IMG/VR virus record: IMGVR_UViG_3300032218_002590
Span: 15,379 to 79,378 of that record
Source: a virus
Lineage: Duplodnaviria; Caudoviricetes
Direction: 5' to 3' (one strand)
DNA: 64,000 nucleotides
Part shown: positions 49,859 to 58,849 of the stretch, piece after piece
Numbering within the stretch: position 1 is the stretch's first letter
Layout of the letters: every line of letters starts with the position of its first letter
Made by a program: the position numbers and the translations under genes
The notes under the pieces: model-generated
The model's database searches: none
Seen by the model: the letters and a program-made list of their open reading frames with translations, nothing else
Told to the model about the DNA's origin: nothing

Positions 49859-50182
49859 ATGGAAAACTTTAAATACTCTTGGAGAATTGAAAATTTTCTC
49901 AAAAAGAATACTGAAAATCTTGAAAATGTAATCTATAGTATTACATGGACTAGAACTGCAGTAGACCCTACAAATAATACTCCAACCTCAATCTGTTCTA
50001 CTATTCCTCTGGAAGTTCCAGTAAATGCCGAAGGATTTGTTCCCTATGAGCAACTAACAGAACAGAATATTATTGATTGGTTAGATGAGAACACCGATCA
50101 CGAAAAACTGAATAAGAGACTATGGGATCAAATTGAGCACAATAGATCTGTAGTACATGCTCCAAACTTTCCTTGGAACTGA
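49859..50182 (+). CDS. Small fibre-associated protein (possible chaperone)
   Basis: YSWRI...FVPYEQLTEQNIIDW; CATAAATA at 49830-49837. Confidence 0.6.
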   Translation: MENFKYSWRIENFLKKNTENLENVIYSITWTRTAVDPTNNTPTSICSTIPLEVPVNAEGFVPYEQLTEQNIIDWLDENTDHEKLNKRLWDQIEHNRSVVHAPNFPWN

Positions 50183-50187
50183 TTTAA

Positions 50188-50763
50188 ATGACTCTTCAAT
50201 CCTCTGGTGCAATTAGTCTTTATGATGTTCAAGTCGAATTTGGGGGGTCAAATCCTATTGGAATTAATGAGTATTATGGAGTTGCTTCTGGTGTTCCTGC
50301 AAGTGGCACTATAAGTCTTTATGATTTTTATGGGAAAAGTGCTCCCGCCTTTCCTGGATTTGTTGTTTATGTTTTTGGTTTCAGAAATGCATCTAGTACC
50401 AGTGTTATTTCAGATACTTTTAATGGATACATAGTAATTCCCGGTGCTGCCAGAAGTCCACAATCTTTTAATGTACAAGTAAATGAATCTCCAGATGGGC
50501 CGAACCTAGCGCCAGCACAATCGATCTCCACTCTGTCATATTATCAAGGGGGATCTTTAAATACAACTTGGACTGGAAATTTCTTTGCTGCCAATATAAC
50601 ATTTACATTTGGATCATCTTCAATGCAATTTAGAAGTTATGTTCAGGATACAAGTTCATATGATAATGAGGAAGGTTCAACCTCGGTTACTGGAAACTCT
50701 CCGAACTCATTTAACTTGTTTGGTCATGTTTACAACCTTACTGGTGGCGGCAATGCGGATTAA
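50188..50763 (+). CDS. Virion protein with conserved N-terminal anchor and unique C-terminus (possible adhesin)
   Basis: MTLQSSGAISLYDVQVEFGG...INEYY...SGTISLYDFYGK N-terminus. Confidence 0.6.
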   Translation: MTLQSSGAISLYDVQVEFGGSNPIGINEYYGVASGVPASGTISLYDFYGKSAPAFPGFVVYVFGFRNASSTSVISDTFNGYIVIPGAARSPQSFNVQVNESPDGPNLAPAQSISTLSYYQGGSLNTTWTGNFFAANITFTFGSSSMQFRSYVQDTSSYDNEEGSTSVTGNSPNSFNLFGHVYNLTGGGNAD

Positions 50764-50772
50764 TTTTAAAGT

Positions 50773-51378
50773 ATGACTAAAAAATACTTAAAAGTACATG
50801 ATGGATTTTATGATGAAGAACTAATTCATGAATCCCAAATGTTAGTAAAAACTTCTAATTATACTAGTCATTATAATTTTATGGGAACGGAGTCTGTTGG
50901 ATTGAAATATAACTGGTCTTTTTATAATGAGGATCAAGGAGATAAGGAAATTAAAAACAAAACTCTCAAGTCCCTTTGGGAAAAAACAAAGGAATTATTA
51001 CCAGTAAAAGACTATAGACTTAAACGTGCTTATATTAATGTATCTAGATTTGGGGATGAAGATAGAATACATGTAGATGATAAAGAATCTACTTTAGGAT
51101 TATCTGCAATTTTATATCTTTCTGGTAAATGGAAAATATCTTGGGGCGGACAGACAAATTTTTATACAAAATTTACAAAAAAAGCAAATCTACCAAATGA
51201 TGATGAAACTGAATATGAAAATGAAATCATTCATTCAGTTATTCCTAAACAAAATAGAGTTGTAGTGTTTAATAAAAATATTCCACATTCTGCAGGAATT
51301 ATATCAAAAACTTGTTTAGAGAATAGATATGCTTGTGTTTTCAAAATATTGACTGCCGAGGATGTATATGAACAGTGA
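50773..51378 (+). CDS. 2OG-Fe(II) oxygenase, prolyl-hydroxylase-like
   Basis: RAYIN, IHVDD (HxD), WGGQT, PKQNRVVVF, IPHSA, RYACVFK. Confidence 0.82.
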   Translation: MTKKYLKVHDGFYDEELIHESQMLVKTSNYTSHYNFMGTESVGLKYNWSFYNEDQGDKEIKNKTLKSLWEKTKELLPVKDYRLKRAYINVSRFGDEDRIHVDDKESTLGLSAILYLSGKWKISWGGQTNFYTKFTKKANLPNDDETEYENEIIHSVIPKQNRVVVFNKNIPHSAGIISKTCLENRYACVFKILTAEDVYEQ

Positions 51379-52255
51379 TATTATTATCACAACCTCAAAA
51401 CAAGATTCTTCATTTCTTGTTTATAATATAAAAGAAAAAAAAATTATTTTTGATAAAGAAAGAATAGAAGATCTAAATGATCTCTCTTCTGAAAACAAGG
51501 GAAGACCTACCTATAGACCATTTGGAATTTATAGAGATTGTAATGATATTTTTATTGCATCTAATTCAAAAATTGGACATTTTGATGCTAAGACTTATTC
51601 ATACAAAGGATTGCTTGATAATGTAAAGTGTTTTGTGAATACTCATCAAATATTTAAACACGAAGAAATCCTATTTATTTGCAATACCGCAACTGATAGT
51701 CTTGGAATTTATGATTTAAACACAAAACAGAATAAATATTTGATGCTTGAAAATTTTGAACTTGTTGATGATATAAATTCCCCAAAAAATTCTTATGAGA
51801 AAGATAAACTTCATTTTAATTCAATTTTAAAATATCAAGATAGTTTGTTCTTACTTTTACATAACGGTGGTCATAGTGAAATATTAGAACTTAATTTAAA
51901 TAATTTTCAATTCAAAAATAAAATAAAAGATGTTGGTATTTGTAATCATAATCTTGTAATATATAAAGACCACTTATATTCTATTTCTAGTCAAACTGGA
52001 AAATTAATGCGTCATTCATTTGAAAGTAAAAAAAATCAATTCTTTCATCTTCATACAGATTTTAATAGATTTTTTTTGAGAGGAATGAAAAAAATTGATG
52101 GAAAATTATTCATAGCACTTTCTAAAAAAATTTCAAAAAGTGGATACCAAAAAAATCCAGCATATTGTCTTATCTTGGAGTATGACTTAGAAACTCAAAG
52201 AATTTGTGATGAGCATTTTCTAGATCTAAATGAAACTATTTTAGACATAGCATAA
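51362..52255 (+). CDS. Probable beta-propeller protein (DUF4915/TIGR03032-like)
   Basis: RPFGI, NTHQI, LHFNSI, CNHN, FLRGM blade-like motifs; very AT-rich. Confidence 0.45.
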   Translation: MYMNSDIIITTSKQDSSFLVYNIKEKKIIFDKERIEDLNDLSSENKGRPTYRPFGIYRDCNDIFIASNSKIGHFDAKTYSYKGLLDNVKCFVNTHQIFKHEEILFICNTATDSLGIYDLNTKQNKYLMLENFELVDDINSPKNSYEKDKLHFNSILKYQDSLFLLLHNGGHSEILELNLNNFQFKNKIKDVGICNHNLVIYKDHLYSISSQTGKLMRHSFESKKNQFFHLHTDFNRFFLRGMKKIDGKLFIALSKKISKSGYQKNPAYCLILEYDLETQRICDEHFLDLNETILDIA

Positions 52256-52288
52256 AAAAATTTGTGACTGAGATCCTCCCAGCACTAC

Positions 52289-52543
52289 TCAATAAGAACC
52301 AAAATCAATAGCATTATTATCTACATCGTCTGCTCTATCTAATACTTCAGAAGGATTAACAAATTTATATCTTTGTGTTGCTTGATCATACATTATTACT
52401 TGATTATTTTGAATATTTGATACATCCACATCTTGAATTTGATCAAATTTTATTGTTGGTGTTGTATTTACAGTAACCGAAAATATATGTTGATCTTGTT
52501 TTGTTCTTACTTTTACATCATGAGAATTTACTGTGTATTCCAT
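52289..52543 (-). CDS. Small hypothetical protein ending IDFGSY
   Basis: IQDVDVSNIQNNQVIMYD repeat-type motif; coupled to the upstream gene. Confidence 0.6.
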   Translation of the reverse strand: MEYTVNSHDVKVRTKQDQHIFSVTVNTTPTIKFDQIQDVDVSNIQNNQVIMYDQATQRYKFVNPSEVLDRADDVDNNAIDFGSY

Positions 52544-52884
52544 TAGGAAATGCCTGGAGAAATTTCTAATATTCCTTCTATAACTCTGGTTTTTATTCCT
52601 CCAGTATTAACCGGAGAAGTAATTACCACATCATAAACATATCTAGGTAATTTTAAAGCTGAGGTTTGTGTGGAAGTTAATTTAATTTCAATAATTCCCG
52701 CAGTAGCATTTATAACATTGACTATAAAATTATATTTTGATGAACTAACATAACTGTTGCTATATCTTGCAACTACACTATAAGAATTTAAATTTACCGG
52801 TTGATTATATTCATTGTTTAATGTAAGAGAAGCATAAAAATCTACTCCCCTTTCAATTTTAAAATTAATTGGAATAGCTGCCAT
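52543..52884 (-). CDS. Small virion Ig-like protein (BppU N-terminal-like)
   Basis: INFKIERGVDF, GIIEIKLTSTQT, RYVYDVVI, RVIEG...SPG; exact late promoter. Confidence 0.6.
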   Translation of the reverse strand: MAAIPINFKIERGVDFYASLTLNNEYNQPVNLNSYSVVARYSNSYVSSSKYNFIVNVINATAGIIEIKLTSTQTSALKLPRYVYDVVITSPVNTGGIKTRVIEGILEISPGIS

Positions 52885-52889
52885 GCCAC

Positions 52890-52922
52890 AAAAAAACCCT
52901 TCTTATGTATTTATAAGAAGGG
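52890..52922 (-). terminator. Terminator hairpin overlapping late promoter TATAAATA (52908-52915)
   Basis: Perfect 10-bp stem CCCUUCUUAU/AUAAGAAGGG followed by U7. Confidence 0.8.
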
Positions 52923-52931
52923 AATTTGTGG

Positions 52932-53180
52932 TTATTTTTTAGTTGTAGATCTTCCCGTTGTAGATCTTGTTGGAGGAGATTCTTCCGTCACAACTTCTTC
53001 GGGAATAACTGCGTCAGTAATAGATGCTTCTTGACTGAGAAGTTCTAAAGTTTCTAGACCACCCAAAAGCTTGAGCTTGTATTCTTTGGCTTTTTCACGC
53101 TCATCTTCTAATTTTTTAATCTGTTCATCTAGCGTTTTAATTTGCGTCGTGAAATTTTCTTTTAATGTAACGGGATCCAT
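52932..53180 (-). CDS. Small coiled-coil hypothetical protein
   Basis: 82 aa; late promoter motif at 53207-53214. Confidence 0.65.
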   Translation of the reverse strand: MDPVTLKENFTTQIKTLDEQIKKLEDEREKAKEYKLKLLGGLETLELLSQEASITDAVIPEEVVTEESPPTRSTTGRSTTKK

Positions 53181-53258
53181 AGTATTATAAAAACATAACT
53201 ATGCAATTATTTATTAAGGATGTAATTGTTAATTTTTTTACAAATATTGCTCACAAAA

Positions 53259-54554
53259 TTACCAACCCCACTTATTATATTTTTCATCATGTTTTATTTT
53301 TGTCTCGTGCTTATCATGGTATTCACTTAACATATAATCATCTATTTTTTTTACTGAATCTTCAATATTTTTTATTGCATCAATTCTATCTTTAGAAATT
53401 AAATCTGGATGAACCCACCAGTCCTCAAAAGAACTCCAGGATGTTGGAGAAACATTTGCAATAACTAATTCATACCCCTTAGATTTTAAATACTCTCTAG
53501 ATTTATCCCTATAAATTCTTGATATATCGACATAGTAATCATGTTCATATGTAATTACAGCAAATTTGTATTCATCTAGTGGTAGAGATTCTAATACTCT
53601 ATAAGTAGATTCTGATGGTTCGCAATCTAATTGCAAATAATCAATTTCTTTGAATGTAAAATTAGTATCTAGTAAATTTTTAAAATCTACTTGATGTGCA
53701 TCCATGCACAATACTGGATTTTTTCTGTACTTACTGTGCTCATTACACAAATCTTGATTGTATTCAATACCAATACCTTTCCATTTAAATTCTGATTCTA
53801 ACAAATATGTGTTATTTAACCAAAATGGATCTCCACTACCAACTTCCAAATATGTTCCATTTTGTTTACCATTGTGCATAAAAAGAGCAAACATATCTTG
53901 ATAGACTTGAGAATAATTTTCTTGTATATTCTCACAACCATCAAATTTAAATTTAAGTTTATTTAAATTTTCTTTCGTGTATTGTCTAAACACAATTTCT
54001 TTTGGGCCGGAACCTAATGTTGTAATGTTTAAAACAACTTGATCATAATATATTTTTTCCATTTGGTAATTATTAATAAGATCTTGAAATAAAATTCTTG
54101 ATTCTTGGCCCTTGCCCCACCAATATCCGCAAATTGCTTTTTGAAAAATTAAACCATATTTTCCAGGAAATCCAACATCATCTTGTAGCGGGAGCAAATT
54201 AAAATCACAATTTTCTAATCCAATACTTGCATAAATGTATGAGTCTTGCCAGTTTTTTTGTTTTTCGTAAAATTGAGATAATAAAAAATATGCTTCTGGT
54301 CTTTTTGGGTAAAATGCAATAGCATTTTGTATTAAAATTTTAGCAGAATGATCTCTTGATCCTTGTGAATTATAACAATGATATCCTTTAAGCAAAGATA
54401 GATATGCTAAATCTTTATCATCAGATCTCTCTGCAGATCTCAAGTAATATGTGAGTGCTGGAGCAGTGTGTCCTTGATCATCATACCATTTTGCAAGAGC
54501 ATAATTTTTTTCTGCATTTTCTGTATCTAAAGAAAAATTAATTAATTCATTCAT
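53259..54554 (-). CDS. TPR domain plus FkbM-like SAM methyltransferase; likely start MNELINF at 54554
   Basis: N-terminal TPR helices (NYALAKWY, YPKRPEAYFLLSQFYE); C-terminal YSQVYQD, YLEVGSG, IDYLQLDCE, ITYEHD. Confidence 0.65.
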   Translation of the reverse strand: MNELINFSLDTENAEKNYALAKWYDDQGHTAPALTYYLRSAERSDDKDLAYLSLLKGYHCYNSQGSRDHSAKILIQNAIAFYPKRPEAYFLLSQFYEKQKNWQDSYIYASIGLENCDFNLLPLQDDVGFPGKYGLIFQKAICGYWWGKGQESRILFQDLINNYQMEKIYYDQVVLNITTLGSGPKEIVFRQYTKENLNKLKFKFDGCENIQENYSQVYQDMFALFMHNGKQNGTYLEVGSGDPFWLNNTYLLESEFKWKGIGIEYNQDLCNEHSKYRKNPVLCMDAHQVDFKNLLDTNFTFKEIDYLQLDCEPSESTYRVLESLPLDEYKFAVITYEHDYYVDISRIYRDKSREYLKSKGYELVIANVSPTSWSSFEDWWVHPDLISKDRIDAIKNIEDSVKKIDDYMLSEYHDKHETKIKHDEKYNKWGW

Positions 54555-55527
54555 TGATAAAATCCTCCACAAATTTTTGAGAAACTTTTAAAATATATGC
54601 TGCGTTATCCTGAAGTCCAAATGTAATCAATACATCATTTTTATATTTTGCCATACCACAACAGAATTCAATTTTTGCATTTAAAAAAGAAAATAGTTTA
54701 GAAAATTTTTGATTTTCAAAATTTTTATCCCAATAAACAAACCGATGTCTATATGTTGCATTTTTTCTTCCTTGTTCGGAATTATACAAAGATGTTTCGT
54801 GAATTAAAGTTAAATAACCATCGTTCCAATTAATAACTTGAGAACCACCTCTCATATCATTTTTCATTGCAACATATTCAGTTGTTTGAAAAACTTCACT
54901 ATCTTTACCATCTGGATCAAATTTAATTATTGCTGTTGGGTTTGTCCATTTAAGCAAATGAAATGGTTTATCCTCAATCGGGGTACAATTTTTTACACAA
55001 TATTCGTCATCTGGGGGCGGTCCAGGAATTCTATATCTTGAAATTTCTTTAACTTGTTTTCCGTCAAATACAATCTCCGAAAGCTCCATTCTTCCCGTTC
55101 CTGTATTGTCCAAATCTCTTCGGACACCACAAATATAAACTTTTTCTTTCCATTTTACTAATCGACAATCTTCCAACCCTACAAAATCCCACTTAGGTTC
55201 GTAGGTGTCAAACTGAGAGGTATCTATTTTTGAATAATAAATCATGTTTAGATTATCATCCAATTCAGCAATATAATTTGTAGTTCTCAAATGTATATCA
55301 TTTTCTGGATGAATATATGATAGGGGTCCCCACATATGTTCAAATGTATTTAATTCTGAGTGATATAAAGTATAATTTACATTTCTCAAATTTACAAATA
55401 TTTTGTTATTAATAACAATTACTGAAGGATTTGTAAGTCCTGGTCCAATTAAATCTTGGGAAGGAATTAATAAAGGAGCAATAGAGCCATTATTTTCCAA
55501 TGCACACTTGACAAAAGTTTCACTCAT
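54547..55527 (-). CDS. 5-bladed beta-propeller, glycoside hydrolase/phosphorylase-like (GH130/GH43 clan-like)
   Basis: NPSV, GLEDCRL, KNCTP, RGGSQ, IHE, IEFCCGM, FGLQD; late promoter motif at 55553-55560. Confidence 0.55.
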   Translation of the reverse strand: MSETFVKCALENNGSIAPLLIPSQDLIGPGLTNPSVIVINNKIFVNLRNVNYTLYHSELNTFEHMWGPLSYIHPENDIHLRTTNYIAELDDNLNMIYYSKIDTSQFDTYEPKWDFVGLEDCRLVKWKEKVYICGVRRDLDNTGTGRMELSEIVFDGKQVKEISRYRIPGPPPDDEYCVKNCTPIEDKPFHLLKWTNPTAIIKFDPDGKDSEVFQTTEYVAMKNDMRGGSQVINWNDGYLTLIHETSLYNSEQGRKNATYRHRFVYWDKNFENQKFSKLFSFLNAKIEFCCGMAKYKNDVLITFGLQDNAAYILKVSQKFVEDFINE

Positions 55528-55576
55528 AAGTAAATCAAAGAATCATTTCAACTATTTATTTGCGTATCAAATCGGC

Positions 55577-55939
55577 TTAATTAGCATAAAATTTTATTTC
55601 TTTGTATGATGATCTTGTTTCTTCATTAATTTTTTTCTTTATTTCTGCTCTTCTATCATTAGTAATATAAACACTTCTAGCAAGTTCTATAAATTCTTCA
55701 TCAAATTTTTTTTCTTTTTCTAGTTTTCTTAACTTATCTTCTATCTTCCAAAGTTTTTTATTTACTTCTCGCAACTCTTCCATATACTCCATAGTATATG
55801 AAGTTATTGTATTTTTAATTTGATTTAAATCATTGAGTTCTTTAGTAACATATTCATTATCGGTAAACATCAATTTAATTTCAAGAATTGAAATTTTATC
55901 TAATAATTCACCAACTGATACAGGGATTGTAATTTTCAT
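55577..55939 (-). CDS. DUF6165-like protein; start MKITIPVS at 55939
   Basis: IPVSVGELLDKISILEIK, VNKKLWKIED, LARSVY..ND.RA..K..IN; GGAGA RBS. Confidence 0.75.
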   Translation of the reverse strand: MKITIPVSVGELLDKISILEIKLMFTDNEYVTKELNDLNQIKNTITSYTMEYMEELREVNKKLWKIEDKLRKLEKEKKFDEEFIELARSVYITNDRRAEIKKKINEETRSSYKEIKFYAN

Positions 55940-56073
55940 AAATATCTCCAATTGATACAGTGTTTATACACGGCCTAATACGTGTCTCTGTGGCCGTACA
56001 AGGCCATGCAATGAATTGGTAAAGGAAATCTACTCAATAGAACTTTAACCTATTCTGGGGGGCATACAGCGCC

Positions 56074-56871
56074 TTAGAAATACTCAAATTCTATATTAAA
56101 TTTATCATAAAATTTGGTGTTTTCTTCACCAATCACTTCTTCTGGAGGTGGGGAAGTTCTTTCAAGTTTTGGCCTTATTTGATGAAGATTATCAATTCCC
56201 CATTCATGATCCTTGTCTTCCTTGCAAGTATTTAAAATACCTGAAAAATTATGGGCGTGAGTTTCCAGCTCTAGAAAATCATAAATTTTGTTCAGTTCTT
56301 TTTCTGGTTTTTGTGTAAGATTATTATAATCTATCAAATGAATATTTTGTCTGTTGTGTGTTAATCCATAGACTAAACTTTCATAAGGGTCACAAACATA
56401 ATTTTTCCAAAGACATTCAATACGATTATCAGTATTAATTTCTTTTCCTTCTCTTCTTAAATGAGCATCTACAAAATTATCTACCTTATTATTTTTTTGA
56501 ATGAGAAGAATATAAGAAGCAAGAACTTCACTCACTCTTCTATTGGTTGCTATAATTTTTGGCGTTTGATTGAGAAATTTTTTAATAGACAAAACATTTT
56601 TGCACCAACCTCTATGTTTATCCAGAACACATGGTTTGTCTATATGATTATAAAAATTTTCTAAAATAGAATTGTATGTATTGTATTGTATCTGTTGTTT
56701 GTCGTAAGTATATTGAATATCAAGTTTAGAAAACCCCTCATCAATCCAACACAGTAAATCTGCAAGTGGTGATGTTGGAGTTGCTTGTAGTTCTGGATGT
56801 TGTGAAAGAATTGAACCAAGTAATGTAGAACCTGATCTGGGAAGACCAGAAAGAAAGAATAATGTTTTCAT
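56074..56871 (-). CDS. Sulfotransferase (PAPS-dependent, P-loop)
   Basis: SGLPRSGSTLL 5'-PSB loop; TNRR...LAS 3'-PB; ELNKIYDFLEL. Confidence 0.85.
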   Translation of the reverse strand: MKTLFFLSGLPRSGSTLLGSILSQHPELQATPTSPLADLLCWIDEGFSKLDIQYTYDKQQIQYNTYNSILENFYNHIDKPCVLDKHRGWCKNVLSIKKFLNQTPKIIATNRRVSEVLASYILLIQKNNKVDNFVDAHLRREGKEINTDNRIECLWKNYVCDPYESLVYGLTHNRQNIHLIDYNNLTQKPEKELNKIYDFLELETHAHNFSGILNTCKEDKDHEWGIDNLHQIRPKLERTSPPPEEVIGEENTKFYDKFNIEFEYF

Positions 56872-56906
56872 GTTTTGGTATTGTATTATAAACTATATAA
56901 AATTAT

Positions 56907-58481
56907 TTAATCTAAACTTGATGACATTGTATAAGCGTAAACTAACCTAAATCTTGTATTTACTTCTATAGTACCTATTCCTGGATTAGTAAGACTATTA
57001 TTTACATATAATTCTGTTTCAAAATAAAAAATATCATTAGTATTATATGAAACAGAATAGGTACTTGTTAATCCTTGATTTCTTCTAAATGTAAAAATTA
57101 GAGAACTATTTTTATAAAGTTTAATATAGCTTGTATTACTTTGAATATTGCCTAAATCATTTTCAGTAAAGGTAAATGATAGAGAAGTACTTCCTGATGA
57201 TGTTGCAATAATATTTCCGCTTGTAAAAATTCCCGCCGAGTAACTCCCCCCCGCACCATTAAGTTGACTACCAAAATCCTGCTCACCACGTAACCAAAAG
57301 AATTCTGGAACAGAAAAATCATCTATGTATGTGACCGCTGCCGTGTGTGAAACACCACAAGCAACTTGTTTCCAATTGCTTCCTCCTAAAGATGTTTGAA
57401 CTGGAGTATTTTTTTGAACTTGGGTATTGTCTCCTAGCTGTCCTGCATCGTTATTCCCCCAAGTCCATAAAGTTCCGTCTGTCTTAATTGCTGCTGTATA
57501 AAATTGCCCGCCAGCAACCTGTTTCCAATTAGTTCCGCCAAAAAATTCTTGGACTATAAATTGTGCAAGAGTGTTATTAATTCCCAATTGCCCATTATCA
57601 TTTCTTCCCCAAGACCACAAAGTTCCATCTGTCTTAATTGCTGCCGTGTGATAAAATCCACAAGCAACTTGTTTCCAATCGGTTCCTCCCACAGACCAAG
57701 GAATTGAAAGACTTGGTACTTCTAAATTATCAAAATATCCCGATTGTCTATAACCATTTGATCCCCAACACCACAAAGTTCCATCAGTTTTTATTGCTGC
57801 TGTGTGAGCATATCCGCAAGAAACTTGTTTCCAATCGGTTCCTCCTCCATATATTTGAGTTGGTGAAGATATTGGACTTGTTGTATTATTAAGGCCGAGT
57901 TGTCCGTAAACATTATTTCCCCAAGACCATAAAGTTCCATTTGTCTTGATTGCTGATGTATGCTCATTACCACAAGCAACTTGCTTCCAGTTAGTTCCTC
58001 CACCAAATGTTGTAACTGGAGTGCTTCTAGTGGTTCCTGTGTTGTCCCCCAATTGTCTGGTAAGATTATATCCCCAAGTCCATAAGGTTCCATCCGTTTT
58101 GATTGCTGCAGTATGCGAAGTTCCACAAGCAACTTGTTTCCAGTTGGTTCCTCCTGCAAATGTTGTAACTGGAGTCCATCTTTGGGTTGCTGTGTTGTCT
58201 CCTAGTTGTCCATAAATATTGCGCCCCCAAGTCCATAAGGTTCCGTCAGTTTTAATTGCTGCGGTGTGATATTTACAAGCAACTTGTTTCCAATTGGCTC
58301 CTCCTGTAAATGGGGGGACTGGATTAAGTATTGGAGATGTTGTGTTATTGTTTCCTATTTGTCCATAAATATTCTGCCCCCAGCCAAATGTGTTTCCTTC
58401 TCTAAAAGCATCAACAGGCACAAAAACATCATCAAAAGAATATACTAATCCATTTTCTGTGTAATTGTAAAAAGTAGGCAT
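56907..58481 (-). CDS. RCC1/BLIP-II 7-bladed propeller with an extra C-terminal domain
   Basis: 7 repeats of NWKQVACG..HTAAIKTDGTLWxWGxNxxGQLG, then about 140 unrelated residues. Confidence 0.9.
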   Translation of the reverse strand: MPTFYNYTENGLVYSFDDVFVPVDAFREGNTFGWGQNIYGQIGNNNTTSPILNPVPPFTGGANWKQVACKYHTAAIKTDGTLWTWGRNIYGQLGDNTATQRWTPVTTFAGGTNWKQVACGTSHTAAIKTDGTLWTWGYNLTRQLGDNTGTTRSTPVTTFGGGTNWKQVACGNEHTSAIKTNGTLWSWGNNVYGQLGLNNTTSPISSPTQIYGGGTDWKQVSCGYAHTAAIKTDGTLWCWGSNGYRQSGYFDNLEVPSLSIPWSVGGTDWKQVACGFYHTAAIKTDGTLWSWGRNDNGQLGINNTLAQFIVQEFFGGTNWKQVAGGQFYTAAIKTDGTLWTWGNNDAGQLGDNTQVQKNTPVQTSLGGSNWKQVACGVSHTAAVTYIDDFSVPEFFWLRGEQDFGSQLNGAGGSYSAGIFTSGNIIATSSGSTSLSFTFTENDLGNIQSNTSYIKLYKNSSLIFTFRRNQGLTSTYSVSYNTNDIFYFETELYVNNSLTNPGIGTIEVNTRFRLVYAYTMSSSLD

Positions 58482-58849
58482 TATAGAACTTCCCAGATAT
58501 TATTGTTTAAATACAAAACCAGAGTGTTCATTTTACTGCTCCACCCCTTAAAATATTCCAATATATCTATATTTATCTTGCCGCCAATCAAAGTTAATCT
58601 TAAATACTGACCAGCCTCATTATTTTCTACTGAAGCAAGAACTCCACATTTATCAGGTCTCATTTCTTCTGGCAATAATTCTTGTGACCAAGCACAGAAG
58701 TATCCCTCACAAACCTTTGGTCGTGCTTTATGAATATCACATCCAGTTTTACATAAAAACTTACAGGACTTTCCTTCACCAAACTCATAACCATAGGCAC
58801 TTCCTGTTAACCAAGTACAGCAGGCAGTACAATCATCACAAGGTCTCAT
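58481..58849 (-). CDS. Cys-cluster protein (YkgJ/FliB-like Fe-S or Zn binding)
   Basis: CDDCTACC...CKFL...CDIHKARP..CEGYFC. Confidence 0.75.
   Translation of the reverse strand: MRPCDDCTACCTWLTGSAYGYEFGEGKSCKFLCKTGCDIHKARPKVCEGYFCAWSQELLPEEMRPDKCGVLASVENNEAGQYLRLTLIGGKINIDILEYFKGWSSKMNTLVLYLNNNIWEVL

Noticed and set aside
52256-52288. Bidirectional terminator at the convergent junction
   Set aside because: An A7 tract is present but I could not find a convincing stem
55940-56073. Possible tRNA in the GC-richer spacer
   Set aside because: No acceptor stem, TTC-arm consensus or cloverleaf on either strand; kept only as a generic structured-element lead
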